Origin: Eledone cirrhosa
Lineage: Eukaryota
Reading direction: 5' to 3'
DNA: 64,000 nucleotides
Assembly (NCBI GenBank): GCA_964016885.1
Contig: OZ024740.1
Coordinates: forward strand, 353,400,001 to 353,464,000
The position numbers and the translations under genes were made by a program. Below the pieces are notes generated by a model. It was given only the letters and a program-made list of their open reading frames with translations. It was not told where the DNA came from and searched no databases. Positions within the stretch are counted from its first letter, which is position 1; every line of letters begins with the position of its first letter. This document shows positions 38,465-49,974 of this stretch, in pieces.

Positions 38465-41400
38465 TCATCATCATCATCATCATCAACGTTTAACGTCCGT
38501 GTTCCACGCTTGCATGGGTTTGGACGGGGGTAGTCCCACTTGAGGCAAGAGTGATTGTCTTGCTCGCATAGGACTGTCTGGCAGGTTTTCTACAGTTGGA
38601 TGCCCTTCCTAACACCAACCGCATTTACAGTGTGGGTCTGGGAGGTTTTTACCGTGTTGCCTACACGGCCACATTACAGCGTGGACTGTGTGTTTTTTTG
38701 TCGTGACACCTACACGATCTCATTTGTTTCGGCCTCGATGGCGCGGCACCAACATAACTTTACATAGAACGGGGTGGTGTGGATCGGGTGGGGGTGGTGG
38801 TGGTGGGACGGGGTGTATTTTGTTAGAGATGCCTACTGGCTGGAGTAGGTTTTACTATATATTTAGGTAAGGCGGGTCTTCTCTGTTACTGAGTACCGCC
38901 AAAGGTCTCGGTCCAGTGACATTGTCTTGGAGAGGTGTAAGTGTGTGATGTCGGAGTTTATCAGCTCGTCCCAGGTTTTTCTAGGTCTGCCTATTCCGTG
39001 ACTACCGTCTATCTTTATTGCCCTGCACTTTGTTATACAGCTATCGACTTTCATGCGCATCACGTGTCCATACCAACGTAGCCTTCTCTCGAGTAAACAA
39101 CATCTGATCCCTCTTATCTCTAATTTTTTCCTTAGTTCGTTTATGCTTTGCCGTTCACGTATATTACTGTTACACATCCAGCGGAGCATGCAAGCTTCGT
39201 TCCTCTCTAGTCTGCGTATATCCTCTGCACACAATGCCCAGGTCTCACTGCCATGCAGCATTGCTGTTCGTATGCAGGCATCGTACAACCTGCCTTTCAT
39301 TTTTAGTGAGAACCCTTTAGCAGCTAATAGTGGTATAAGCTCTCTGAACTTTTTCCAACCAGTTCTGACTCTAGCTACAGTACTTTCAGAGCACCCTCCC
39401 CCACTGCTGATTTTATCGCCCAGGTAACGGAAGCTGTCCACTATTTCTATAGAACCCTCTGCGCAATTGAAAGAGCTAGTAGTTTGTGGGCACTTGCTGC
39501 TACTTATTGCACCAGAGCACCGGCCACATGTAAAATCTATGTTCTTAGTTAGCTTACCTGTGATCCCACTACATCTTTTATGCACCCATACTTTGCATTT
39601 AGGACATAAAATGGAGTTTCTACCTACGCCTTTCCTACACACCGAGCACGACCATTTCCCAGAAGGGACCGCCGCCTTGTTTTCTTTCCTACAAACTAGT
39701 ACTTTGGTCTTAGCCAGGTTAATTTTAAGTCCTTTTGACTCTAGGCCGTGCTTCCATGTTTGGAATTTCTTCTCTAGCTCGGCCATTGATTCCGCTATGA
39801 GTGTCAGGTCGTCTGCGTATAGGAGTTCCCATGGGCAGCCTGTCTTGAACTCCTCTGTTATAGCCTGAAGGGCAATAATAAATAGTAGTGGACTGAGAAC
39901 AGAGCCCTGATGGACGCCAACTTTTACGCTAAACTCTTCACTATATTCGTTGTTAATTCTAACCTTGCTGACTGTTTCTTTATACATGGCTTGTATAGCC
40001 CTCACAAGCCATTCGTCAACGCCTAGTTTTCTAAGAGCCCACCAGATAATGGAGCGGGGGACTCTGTCGAAGGCTTTCTCCAAGTCGACAAAAGCTAAGT
40101 AGAGGGGTTTACCTTTAGCTAGGTACTTCTCCTGTAGTTGTCGTACTATGAAAAGAGCGTCTGTGGTACTTTTGCCTGACACAAACCCGAACTGCATTTC
40201 ATCTAGGTCAATTCTCTCTCTGATTAGTTGCGCTATTACTTTTTCCGTGACCTTCATGACCTGGTCGATTAATTTAATGCCTCTATAGTTACTCCTATCT
40301 AGGGCGTCTCCTTTACCCTTATAACAGTTAACGATGATGCTGCTATGCCAGTCCTTCGGAACAACCCCATTCTGTATGACTTGGTTAACTATGCGGGTGA
40401 CCATGGTGTGTCCCACCGTGCCAGATGCCTTCAGCATCTCAGCAACTATTTCCGAAGGCCCAGCCGCCTTACCAGTCTTCATATCCTTGATTGCCTTACT
40501 TATTATACTCCCCTCGACTAACACTGCTGGTCCCTCTATTGGGTCGATATGGGGGAGACTGCCTTTCTCCCAATTATTCTCCTCATTTAGTAGCCTTTCA
40601 TAGTGACACTTCCAAGCTACCTTCTTATCAGCGTCGGTGATGGCAAGTGTGCCATCGTCGTTTAGTACACACTTCTCCCCGACAATATCACGGTTTTCCT
40701 TGACGCATTGCCTAGCAATCCTGAACACCTCACGTTTTTGGTCATCGCGTTGTAGAACATGCTTGAACTTTCTTTCCTCAGCTTCCCTTCTTGCTAAGTA
40801 CACTTGTCTCCTAGCTTCCCTCCTGGCCACTTGATAGTCCTCTCTACTTCCCCCATCCCGCCATACTTTCCAAGCCTGCTTTTTGGCCTTAATTGACCCC
40901 TCCACCTTACTGTTCCACCACCATGTTACTCTCCTCCTGCCTACAGGCCTGCTCCAGCCACAGACTTCGTCTGTCGCCAACAGCAGGTTTGCTTTCAGAA
41001 ATTCCCACTCTCCCTCTATATTGTCCGACTCTAAATGCTCTTCCTTACTGTCGAAAGCATCAAGTAATATGCTTTGAAATTTATTCCTGGCTGTGGGGTC
41101 CTTTAGCTTCCATATTTTCCTCCTGAGGATAGTCCTCTTCTGTTGTCGAGTACGTCTCGTCCTGACTATGAGGTCGCTAATTATCAGTCTATGTTGGGAG
41201 GTGCATTCTTCATGGGGGAGGGATTTAGTGTTTACAACAGACACTCTGTCACGTCTTCTGGTAAGGATATAATCTACCTGGCTTGTGTGTTCCCCGGATC
41301 TATAGGTGATCAGGTGATTGTCACGTTTTTTGAAGTTAGTGTTACAGATAGTTAGGTTATTTGCATCACAGAATTCCAGGATTCTGGAGCCTTCCTCATT

Positions 41401-42170
41401 TCTAGTACCAAACCCATAGCCTCCATGGATTTCGTCGTAGCCGTCACAATGTTGTCCAACGTGACCATTTAGGTCGCCTGCGATAATTATATAGTCACTG
41501 TCGGATATTTGGGAGGTAGTTAGCATCAGTGTCTCATAGAATCTGTCTTTTATAGTGTCGGGCAGTCCGGATTGGGGTGCGTACGCAGATATTACTGTCA
41601 CCGTAGTTCTATTGAGGACAAGTCGTATTTTAATTATTCTGTCGTTCACTCTATTTACGTCTATTATCTTATCTGCCCACTTTTCTGCTACCATGATTCC
41701 TACTCCACCCAGCCCATCGTCGTTTCCCACCCAGAAAAGCTTATAACATCGTTTTTTACCCTCAATGAACCTAGCAGACCCACCCCTCCACCTGGTCTCT
41801 TGAATACAACAAACATCGACCTCCTTACGTTCAAGCATTTCTACAACCTCGTTAGCGCGACCCTTTAGGGTGCCTACATTTATGGTACCAACTCTGAGGT
41901 TTTGGATTGCGTTTGGGGGTTGGGGGCGGTGAGGGGCGGGGGGCGATGGGGTTATGTTAGCCGTCCGCGGTCGAAACAATGAGGAGTGCTCACATTCTCG
42001 TCCAAGAGGTGAATTTGTCTTTATCTTTGGCATTGTCGCTGAGCGTCCAGATTTTTCTCTCTCACCTCCACTCTCCAGGATTCCGCAGTCCATCCAACCA
42101 TCATATATCGTATATCGAAAGGCAACCAGGCAAGCGATAGTATAGGCCTCTGGTTTCTGATTGGTCCGCG

Positions 42171-42172
<2 letters not shown>
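38465..42172 (-). mobile_element. Full-length RTE LINE (family A) with intact ORF
   Basis: Short 5' UTR, one uninterrupted ORF, a 3' UTR with hairpin repeats and a (GAT)n tail. Inserted in an (AT)n tract. Confidence 0.97.
38863..42093 (-). CDS. RTE ORF: APE endonuclease + reverse transcriptase + PHD finger (~1076 aa from ATG 42093, or ~1056 aa from ATG 42033)
   Basis: APE motifs GTINV, CIQETRW, SAYAPQ, GDLNGH, DYIL, SQHRL. RT motifs FVDLEKAFD, GVHQGSVLSP, LYADD, YLG. C4HC3 finger at 39517-39654. No stop codons. Confidence 0.93.
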   Translation of the reverse strand: MDCGILESGGEREKSGRSATMPKIKTNSPLGRECEHSSLFRPRTANITPSPPAPHRPQPPNAIQNLRVGTINVGTLKGRANEVVEMLERKEVDVCCIQETRWRGGSARFIEGKKRCYKLFWVGNDDGLGGVGIMVAEKWADKIIDVNRVNDRIIKIRLVLNRTTVTVISAYAPQSGLPDTIKDRFYETLMLTTSQISDSDYIIIAGDLNGHVGQHCDGYDEIHGGYGFGTRNEEGSRILEFCDANNLTICNTNFKKRDNHLITYRSGEHTSQVDYILTRRRDRVSVVNTKSLPHEECTSQHRLIISDLIVRTRRTRQQKRTILRRKIWKLKDPTARNKFQSILLDAFDSKEEHLESDNIEGEWEFLKANLLLATDEVCGWSRPVGRRRVTWWWNSKVEGSIKAKKQAWKVWRDGGSREDYQVARREARRQVYLARREAEERKFKHVLQRDDQKREVFRIARQCVKENRDIVGEKCVLNDDGTLAITDADKKVAWKCHYERLLNEENNWEKGSLPHIDPIEGPAVLVEGSIISKAIKDMKTGKAAGPSEIVAEMLKASGTVGHTMVTRIVNQVIQNGVVPKDWHSSIIVNCYKGKGDALDRSNYRGIKLIDQVMKVTEKVIAQLIRERIDLDEMQFGFVSGKSTTDALFIVRQLQEKYLAKGKPLYLAFVDLEKAFDRVPRSIIWWALRKLGVDEWLVRAIQAMYKETVSKVRINNEYSEEFSVKVGVHQGSVLSPLLFIIALQAITEEFKTGCPWELLYADDLTLIAESMAELEKKFQTWKHGLESKGLKINLAKTKVLVCRKENKAAVPSGKWSCSVCRKGVGRNSILCPKCKVWVHKRCSGITGKLTKNIDFTCGRCSGAISSSKCPQTTSSFNCAEGSIEIVDSFRYLGDKISSGGGCSESTVARVRTGWKKFRELIPLLAAKGFSLKMKGRLYDACIRTAMLHGSETWALCAEDIRRLERNEACMLRWMCNSNIRERQSINELRKKLEIRGIRCCLLERRLRWYGHVMRMKVDSCITKCRAIKIDGSHGIGRPRKTWDELINSDITHLHLSKTMSLDRDLWRYSVTEKTRLT

Positions 42173-42213
<41 letters not shown>

Positions 42214-42269
42214 ATACACAAATTTATTATTATTATTACTATATATATTTATATATATATATATATACA

Positions 42270-42495
42270 TACTACCCCTACTCTATCCTTCCACTCTCAC
42301 CAACATCACCCTTTCTCTATAAAGTTATGTTAGTACCACAACATCCAGTCCAAACTAATGAGGTCATGTAGGTGTCACGACAAAAAAAAACACAGTCCAC
42401 ACTGTAATGTGGTCGTGTAGGTAACACGGTAAAAAGCTCCCAGTCCACACTAAATGTGGTTGGTGTTAGGAAGGGCATCCAGATAGTCCTATACA
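42270..42495 (+). mobile_element. RTE family A 3' UTR fragment
   Basis: Matches 2970-3200. Confidence 0.75.
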
Positions 42496-42584
42496 TATAT
42501 ATACACACATATATATACATATATATATGTGTGTGTGTGTGTATATATATATCATCATTATCAGTTTAACATCCTTTTTTCCAC

Positions 42585-42622
<38 letters not shown>

Positions 42623-42634
42623 TTAATATAGATG

Positions 42635-42685
42635 AGATTCTACAGGACTAGAACTGTTTCATTCTTTAGAAATCATCAGGAATCT
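42635..42685 (-). ncRNA. Hammerhead ribozyme (type I)
   Basis: Reverse complement of 44703-44753. Confidence 0.8.
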
Positions 42686-43254
42686 GGGTATCAAAAAATA
42701 AATATGGTATTTATAGGTCTCTACAAGTGGTAGGAGAGGGTGGGGAGTGGGATGGGTGTAGGTCATTGGTTGATAGAAAAGGGAATTCATTAAAAGCTAA
42801 TTCTACAAAGCTATAGTTTATTTTTATTAATTTTTGTTTTTAGAGTAACAAAGGCAGACAGAATTCTATAAACAGGTTCCAGGTTCCGGATGGCATACCA
42901 TTCCTTGTCATTAAGTTTCTCTTAAGCTAACAGATGTCTATAAGATCAGTGGGGGGGTCAGTCATGGTAGATAGAATTAAAGGAAAGGGAGATTCTTTAA
43001 AAGCTAAATTCATTAAGGTTCTACTAAGTGACAAAGGTTTAGAGAATTCTGTAGACAGATTCAAAATACTGAGTGCATATCTTACAATTATCTTCGAATT
43101 TCTCTTAAACTAATCAACTATATGCCAAAAATCAACAGACACATTCACAAAAAAACACACTCACTCACACACTCGCGCGCAACCATAAACACACATACAC
43201 ATACACATATACACACATAAAAACACACACACATATATAAATATACCTATATAT

Positions 43255-43319
<65 letters not shown>

Positions 43320-43975
43320 TACATATATATATATACACACATACATATATATATATACACACACACATACATATATATATATACACACACACATACATAT
43401 ATATACACACACACATATATACACATATAAATACACTCACACACATACATACATACACACAAATATACATGTGTATACATACACATACACACATAGATAT
43501 ATATATATACACATATATATATATATATATATAAGCACCCAGCACTCACTGTAAATGAGGTTGGTGTTAGGAAGGGCATCCAGCTGTAGAAACCAAGCCA
43601 GATCAGTTCCTGTATGAGCAAGGCATGGTCAGCCGACCAGACACTGCACACAACAGGACAACCTGTCTAACCCATGCTAGCGTGGAAGAACGGACGTAAA
43701 ACGGTGATGATGATGATGATGATGATATATATATATAATACATATATATACACACATATATATATATACATATACACACACATACACACAAACACACACA
43801 TATATATATATATATATATCCCCCATCGACAAAGTCAAATGGGAGAAAGAGGGTTTAAAACATAGATGGTGAACAGCTGGACTTATTGTGTGTACCTCGG
43901 AAACATTGGAAGAGGTGGGCAGTTTTTGGAATAGTCCCGCAAGTCTACAATCGAAACTACCGTGTTCGATTGCTG

Positions 43976-44690
43976 CTAGTGTTTGAAAGTTGCAAAGTTC
44001 TTGTGCATGCAGTTCGGGCAGTGTTCAGAGAGTTTGTTCAGTAGCGGGCCCTTGGCGAATAAAATTTCGTAGCTCTCTGAAATACAAAGGTCGCAGCCCT
44101 TGTGTCCTCCGTTGTAAGAGCGCGCTTTCTGGAGTATTTTCCATTTAAGCGTGAAGGGGGTGGAGTTCCTTTTGAGGTCCCAAACGTAGGAGGCGAGTGT
44201 TGTCTGATTTGATTTGTCCGGTCTTCTGAAGGAGTGGGTATGGGCATACCAACGGGTCTTAAAATTGTTGGAGGTCATGCCGATGTAAGTATTTTTGCAA
44301 TCCTCGGTGCCTGAGATAACATCGCATTTGTATACGATATCATTTGTGAGGCATTTGTTTTCAAGTGGGCATGCTTCCTTATTTAGGCAATTACATAGAG
44401 CCCCAGTCCGGGGATTGGGTTCGGAGGTGGTTGGCTTATTTAATTTTTTAGAATTGTGGTTGGCTATATTCCTAGCTAGGTTAGGTGTGGTGGAGTAAGA
44501 CAGTCTTATTGTGTTCTTATTAAAGATGGTGTGGTACCTATGTTGTATGGGGAAGTGTAATTTCAGCAAAGTGAAGAAAATCCTAGCTATCGGAGTAGAT
44601 ACCTCTCTATTGAAGGGAGGGTTGTACCAGCTAATCTGCCTATGTCTATTCCTCCTCTGCAATCTTGCGGTGGTTTCTAGGTAAGTTATC
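43976..44690 (-). pseudogene. Penelope-like ORF C-terminal part with GIY-YIG endonuclease
   Basis: 228-aa ORF call. The RT region was lost by 5' truncation at the inverted pLTR. Confidence 0.88.
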
Positions 44691-44702
44691 TTTTTGATAC
44701 CC

Positions 44703-44753
44703 AGATTCCTGATGATTTCTAAAGAATGAAACAGTTCTAGTCCTGTAGAATCT
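44703..44753 (+). ncRNA. Hammerhead ribozyme (type I)
   Basis: Stem I AGATTC/GAATCT, core CTGATGA, stem II TTCT-AA-AGAA, GAAA, stem III CAG-ttctagtc-CTG, GUA cleavage triplet. Confidence 0.82.
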
Positions 44754-44836
44754 CATCTATATTAAAACTTTTATACTCTGCAATGTATTGAGTACCTTAC
44801 TTACTGTGGTTACCTCCGATTCAACCCGGAATAACG

Positions 44837-44868
<32 letters not shown>

Positions 44869-45215
44869 TACAAATTGTTATTCATTTTCTATTAATTATT
44901 TATGCTATGCGGCTTTCCCTGTCTTCAACTATATGTATTTTAATCCGTTGGAGTACACCTTTGGCTTGGATTCCTGCATACTGTCAAATTAAATAATGCA
45001 ATGAGCTTAATGCACCTTACCCAAACTAATAGTGGTTATTCCACTCTAATTATATCTATCTATCTATATATATATATATATAAATACACACTTATATACA
45101 TATATATATATATACATATATATACACATATATCATCATCATCATCTTACGTCCGTTCTTCCACGCTAGCATGGGTTATATATCTATATATATTTATATG
45201 TACATATATATATAT

Positions 45216-45560
45216 GGAGGCACATGGCTTAGTGGTTAGAGCATTGGCCTTGCAATCGAAAGGTTGTGAGTTCAATTCTCAGACCAGGTGATGTGTTGTT
45301 TCCTTGAGCAAGACACTTTATTTCACATTGCTCCAGTTTACTCAGCTGTAGAAATGAGACGATAGGGACTTGGGTCCCTATCATTCCACTGTAAAGTGGT
45401 CATGGAGGTGCCACGGCAAAAAAGCACCCCGCACTCACTGTAAATGAGGTTGGTGTTAGGAAGGGCATCCAGCTGTAGAAATCAAGCCAGCATCAGTTCC
45501 CGTCCCACCCTTGCAAGCAGGGAAAAGTGGACGTAAAATGAAATGATGATGAATGATGAT
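45216..45560 (+). mobile_element. Full-length tRNA-derived SINE family 1 (CORE-like body, RTE-derived tail)
   Basis: A box tggcttagtgg, B box gagttcaattc, body gttgtttccttgagcaagacact (CORE-like). The 3' part is shared with the RTE family B UTR and ends in (GAT)n. Confidence 0.85.
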
Positions 45561-46154
45561 ATATATTTATATATGTATATATACAGACACACTTATGCAC
45601 AGATAATTTTGAAGTCCTCTATCGAAGTCTTTGTGACCAGATAAAGATCAAATGTTTTTTATACATACATTCTTGGCTGTTAAGAATTAATTATTCACTC
45701 TACAGAGGTTATATATTATGTATTTTCTATCTGATAATGACTCTTCATGTTCTCACAGATTTTTATGTGTGTTTGTTGTATTAAAAGCATGACTTTTGTT
45801 AGCTTTTCATATTTTCTGATCATTCTGTTGCAGTCCATTATCAACATTTTTAGACTTTAACAGTTTCACCTTCAGATTGTGTTAAACTGTTGCCATCTAT
45901 ACTGCCTTCTTTATATGAAGCAAATGTGATATATAGACTTCGTTATCCAAAATTTTGACCACTAGATCTATATACATTATCAGTTACATGTTTATGAGGT
46001 GTGTATGTTTTTTGTCTGTTTATTTTAACATTGTGTTATTATATGAGTAACAATTCCATAATTAATCATCATCAACATTTCAGATCTTGAAGATGAGATT
46101 GTTATATATATATATGTATATTCATTTTCTATCACACTTTCTACATCACATTAT

Positions 46155-46280
46155 TTACGATCTGAGTTCAAATCCCGCCAAGGTTGACTTTGCCTTTCAT
46201 CCTTACAGGGTCGATAAAATAAAGTACCAGTAATGCACTGGATAATTAATGGCCTTGTGCCTAAAGTAGAAACAATTATT
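46155..46280 (+). mobile_element. 5'-truncated family-2 SINE
   Basis: Matches 33280-33410. Confidence 0.75.
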
Positions 46281-48079
46281 TACGCGTAATCAATTTTATA
46301 AAACATGAAAAAATATATATATATTTCCAAATGCATTTATATAAACATTGCCTTAATTGATCTTATAAATTATGACCTGTTATATTTTTATTTGAATTCT
46401 ACCCTTTCAAGTTAATACTCACAAACACTGTGCTGTGTAATCATTATTGAATTGTTTTACCAATAAGATGGACAGAGATCTATGTTCTATTGGTATGTAG
46501 GAAATGAAAGGAAAAAATAATATATAATTAATTTAATTTTCTACAATTAGTGGCTACAGTATTTGAACAAAATAACCCTATTTCTGATTTAAGAGCTACA
46601 AATCAGCCTACGATTAGTGACAGCTCACTACACAAAACTCTGAACAAACAGTTATTTTTAAATGATTTAAACAGACATCATTCTAATTGGACAGACAGTT
46701 TGGAATTGGAACAACACAGCACATTATCTACAAACTCATTAACATTTAGCATGCTAGTAGTTTTTATGAGTTGTTTTCCTTGACACTGCATTATCTATTA
46801 AGGGGAGATCACTCTATGGTGCCTTAAGTTGCCAACAGCGTGTTAAAGATTAATAATGTTCTGCAGCTTTGTATATAAAGCCTGATTTTCAGGCAGCTGT
46901 AAACTTAGTTTGTTCGTTTTTTGGCCTAACAACCCATCTCTCTGGTTTCACTGATGGAGGCCTAGTCCTTCACATGAAATATATTGTCAGAGGCTACACA
47001 TTTCACCTATGTGAAATAAATAGCATCAACAATAATCCACCAATCAGCTCATATGACACATTTTCCTATTAAATCAAGGTTGTTTATACCAGCTCCTCAT
47101 TTCAGAAGAGCTGGGAAATTATAAGCCATCTCAGCTTCTGTGAAGAATGTAACTGCTGCTTAAAGGCAACAAATTTAAAGATGCCATTATGAATTAATTA
47201 TTCTTCCAACAATTTCCAATCACAGTACAACTCATTCTGAAGTCAACTAAGGACACTAGCACATTGAACTGGTGGACAACATTTTAAAGATTATAGGTTA
47301 TGAATATCTGTGTCACATTCACTCCACCATCACATATATGCTAAAACAATCACTGATACCCCTACATTCACATGAATATTAACACATTTCTCCATATTAT
47401 CCAATTAGTTAAGCACCCTAAAATTTTGTGAATATGTTTTATCAATTATTTCTCTTTCACTATTCACCTCCATCTCTTTCTCTTTGTGTGACTAGAAGTC
47501 TTTATCTATCTTTATGCTGAAACATGTTCCCTTCTCACAACCTCCATGTACTCTCCTCTCTCTTTCTCTCGTGCACACACAAACACAAACTTATGTTATT
47601 ACCCTCTAATAAACAACTTCCAACTTATAGATTATCAAAACCAGCCAATAACAGCTCACCAAAAGTGATTTCAACAATTAAATTATGGCCTACTGTATTC
47701 TTCAGAGAAAAACAAAATTTTATTTCTTATGAAGAGTGAAAAATCTCCCAATAAATATCACAGTCTGAAGAGCCAAGAGATGAAAACTGACAGCCACTGT
47801 GCTATATTAAACTTTCCAGTACCCACATTAAATCTTACACTACACTTGGTATTGAGCTCTCTTATTCTTTGTGGTATGTGTACACAGTACAGAAACCATA
47901 CTGATTTCCACACATACCCACATACATACTTTATGGTGATTATACAAATATATAAAATATTTTCCTATGAGGTATTTAAATTTATACTCAGGTTAATGGG
48001 AACTATCCTATGGGGAAATCTAAAACCCTTTTTATTTGATTAAAAATATTTACACATACCCATACATATATAATAATCA

Positions 48080-48520
48080 TCATCATCCTTTTTATAACAT
48101 CTGTTTTTACATGCTTGCACCAGTGGACAAGTCATTTTCAGTACAGCCTCACTCCACTTACTGCGTTCCTTTGTCATCTCCTTTGTGAAGTTCAGCATTT
48201 GGGATCTACTCTCACTACTTCTGGCCAGGTTTTCCTTGGCCCTCTTCTATTACAGCTTTCTTCCACTAATCATCATCTTTATGCTTCAAATGTCCATACC
48301 AACATAGTCTTCTTTCTTGCACACTACATTTGATTCTTCTTATATTCAGTTTCTCTCAGCTCATCTGTGCTTTACTGATCATACACATTAATATCATACA
48401 TCCACTGAAGCCTGCTTGCTTCATTTCTCCCCAGTCCTCACTTATCCTCTGCATTTACTGTCCATGTTTCACTTCCATAAAATACTGCACTATGTACACA
48501 GGCATCATACAGCCAGCACC
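48080..48520 (-). mobile_element. Old RTE 3' fragment
   Basis: LYDACVHSAVFYGSETW-like translation and a catcatc tail. Confidence 0.6.
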
Positions 48521-49974
48521 CTACTTTACTGATTGGGGAGTTGCATACACAGCCCTGGTTGATCAACATCCTATGACAAAAGTATATATATATACACACA
48601 CTCATACATGCAACAATGCTAGTTTGATTTTCCTGCATGCTGGCTCATGTAAAAAAATATAGTTGAAATACAAAATTTATCATAGCAGAAAACTATAAAT
48701 TGTCTTTTGGTTAGTTCAAACCATTTTGATTGGCAAAAATCACATAGCTTTTTCCTATATTCATGCCTAATGAATTGTAGCTCTTGTGAGTCAATTTCAA
48801 TAGCTTTCAACTTGAAGAATACAGGTTTTGCCAACAAGATAATATGTCGGCTTGTACCAAATGATTCACCATTGCCTTTAACGAAGCTATGTTAACCACT
48901 TTAAATTGTTGCATCAGAAATATTTAAAAAAAATTTATTGTGAGACATCTATTTACAAATAATTTTTCCAGTAATTGAAAATGCAAACTATGAAAAAATT
49001 ATGTGAATCTTAGAACAATTACTCTTCATACAATTGAACTATAAAAGGAATGTTTCCTTCTTTGATTTAATTGCTTTGGCTGTTATAAATGCTAATCAGT
49101 TACTGTGTTATTAATTCATGTTCTTTTCTATGGGGAAATACAGCTTTGTCCTTATATCTTTAACATTGATTAAATATTTTCAATTTGAGTTATTTTTCTT
49201 GTTCTTCTTCTGCTATCAGCATACATTGATACATAAGTCTGACACCATTCAACACAATAAATAAAGAATCTTTGTTATATCAATATTATCATTTTTCACC
49301 TATTTTACATAGGACATGGGTGTGACAGGTTGTCACAGTCTGAGACTAGATAGATTAGAGAACCGTATTCATAAATTAAAATTAGAAATATAAGTCATGA
49401 CTTTTTAATGTTGTCCACGAGTGGAGTTAGGATTCAAGATTTTGCTCGCTCTGATCAATCAATAAGATCTCAGACCTCATTTGCTTACCAAGTAGGGTGG
49501 ACTTTGTCAAATTGGACCAAAGCAACAATGTTTCCATTGCTGATACTATCTGCCAGGAGTTGTGACTAGTTGAAGGGGCAATGGGAAATAAAGTATCTTA
49601 CTGAAGGACACAATGCATCACCCAGTCCAAGAATTGAACTCGCAACATCACAATTGCGAAGCCAACTCTCTAACCACTCGGCCATGCACCTAGCTTTAGT
49701 GTGTGGAATTATCATTGAATGACCAGTATTGAAGCCATAACCAAAGTCTTCTCAGGCAGGTTACATTAGGATTTAATTAAATATTCATCCATTTTTATGG
49801 ACAGACGTGGAATGAGACATGGCTACTAATTATTTATAACTGGTCAAGTGACTGCATAAAGAAATGGTTCTCAAACTGCATACCTCGATGCACAGGTGTG
49901 CTGGAAGATTTATTTAGGTATCCCACAAAAGAGCAACATTTTATTTCGAAATGTGAAAAATACAAATTGAAATT

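Larger units (their letters stand above)
42620..44837 (-). mobile_element. Penelope-like element, 5'-truncated, with an inverted pLTR (arms 42620-42698 and 44691-44769)
   Basis: ORF 43976-44662 (WYNPPF, RLSYS, CNC..CPL..C, DIVY, TYIG, CDLC, LLNK). Each inverted arm holds a hammerhead. (TA)n on both flanks. An RTE 3' fragment is nested at 43535-43725 (+). Confidence 0.92.

Noticed and set aside
42094-42270. N-terminal extension of the 1135-aa ORF call
   Set aside because: It runs through the (TA)n flank outside the element from a non-credible start. The real start is likely ATG 42093 or 42033.
45216-45290. tRNA gene
   Set aside because: A and B boxes are present but there is no complete cloverleaf. 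It continues into a SINE body and tail.
46853-46970. Hairpin-hinge-hairpin-ACA pattern on the minus strand (H/ACA RNA or telomerase 3' domain)
   Set aside because: The pairing is loose, I found no telomere template nearby, and such patterns arise by chance. It would need an Infernal or snoRNA search.
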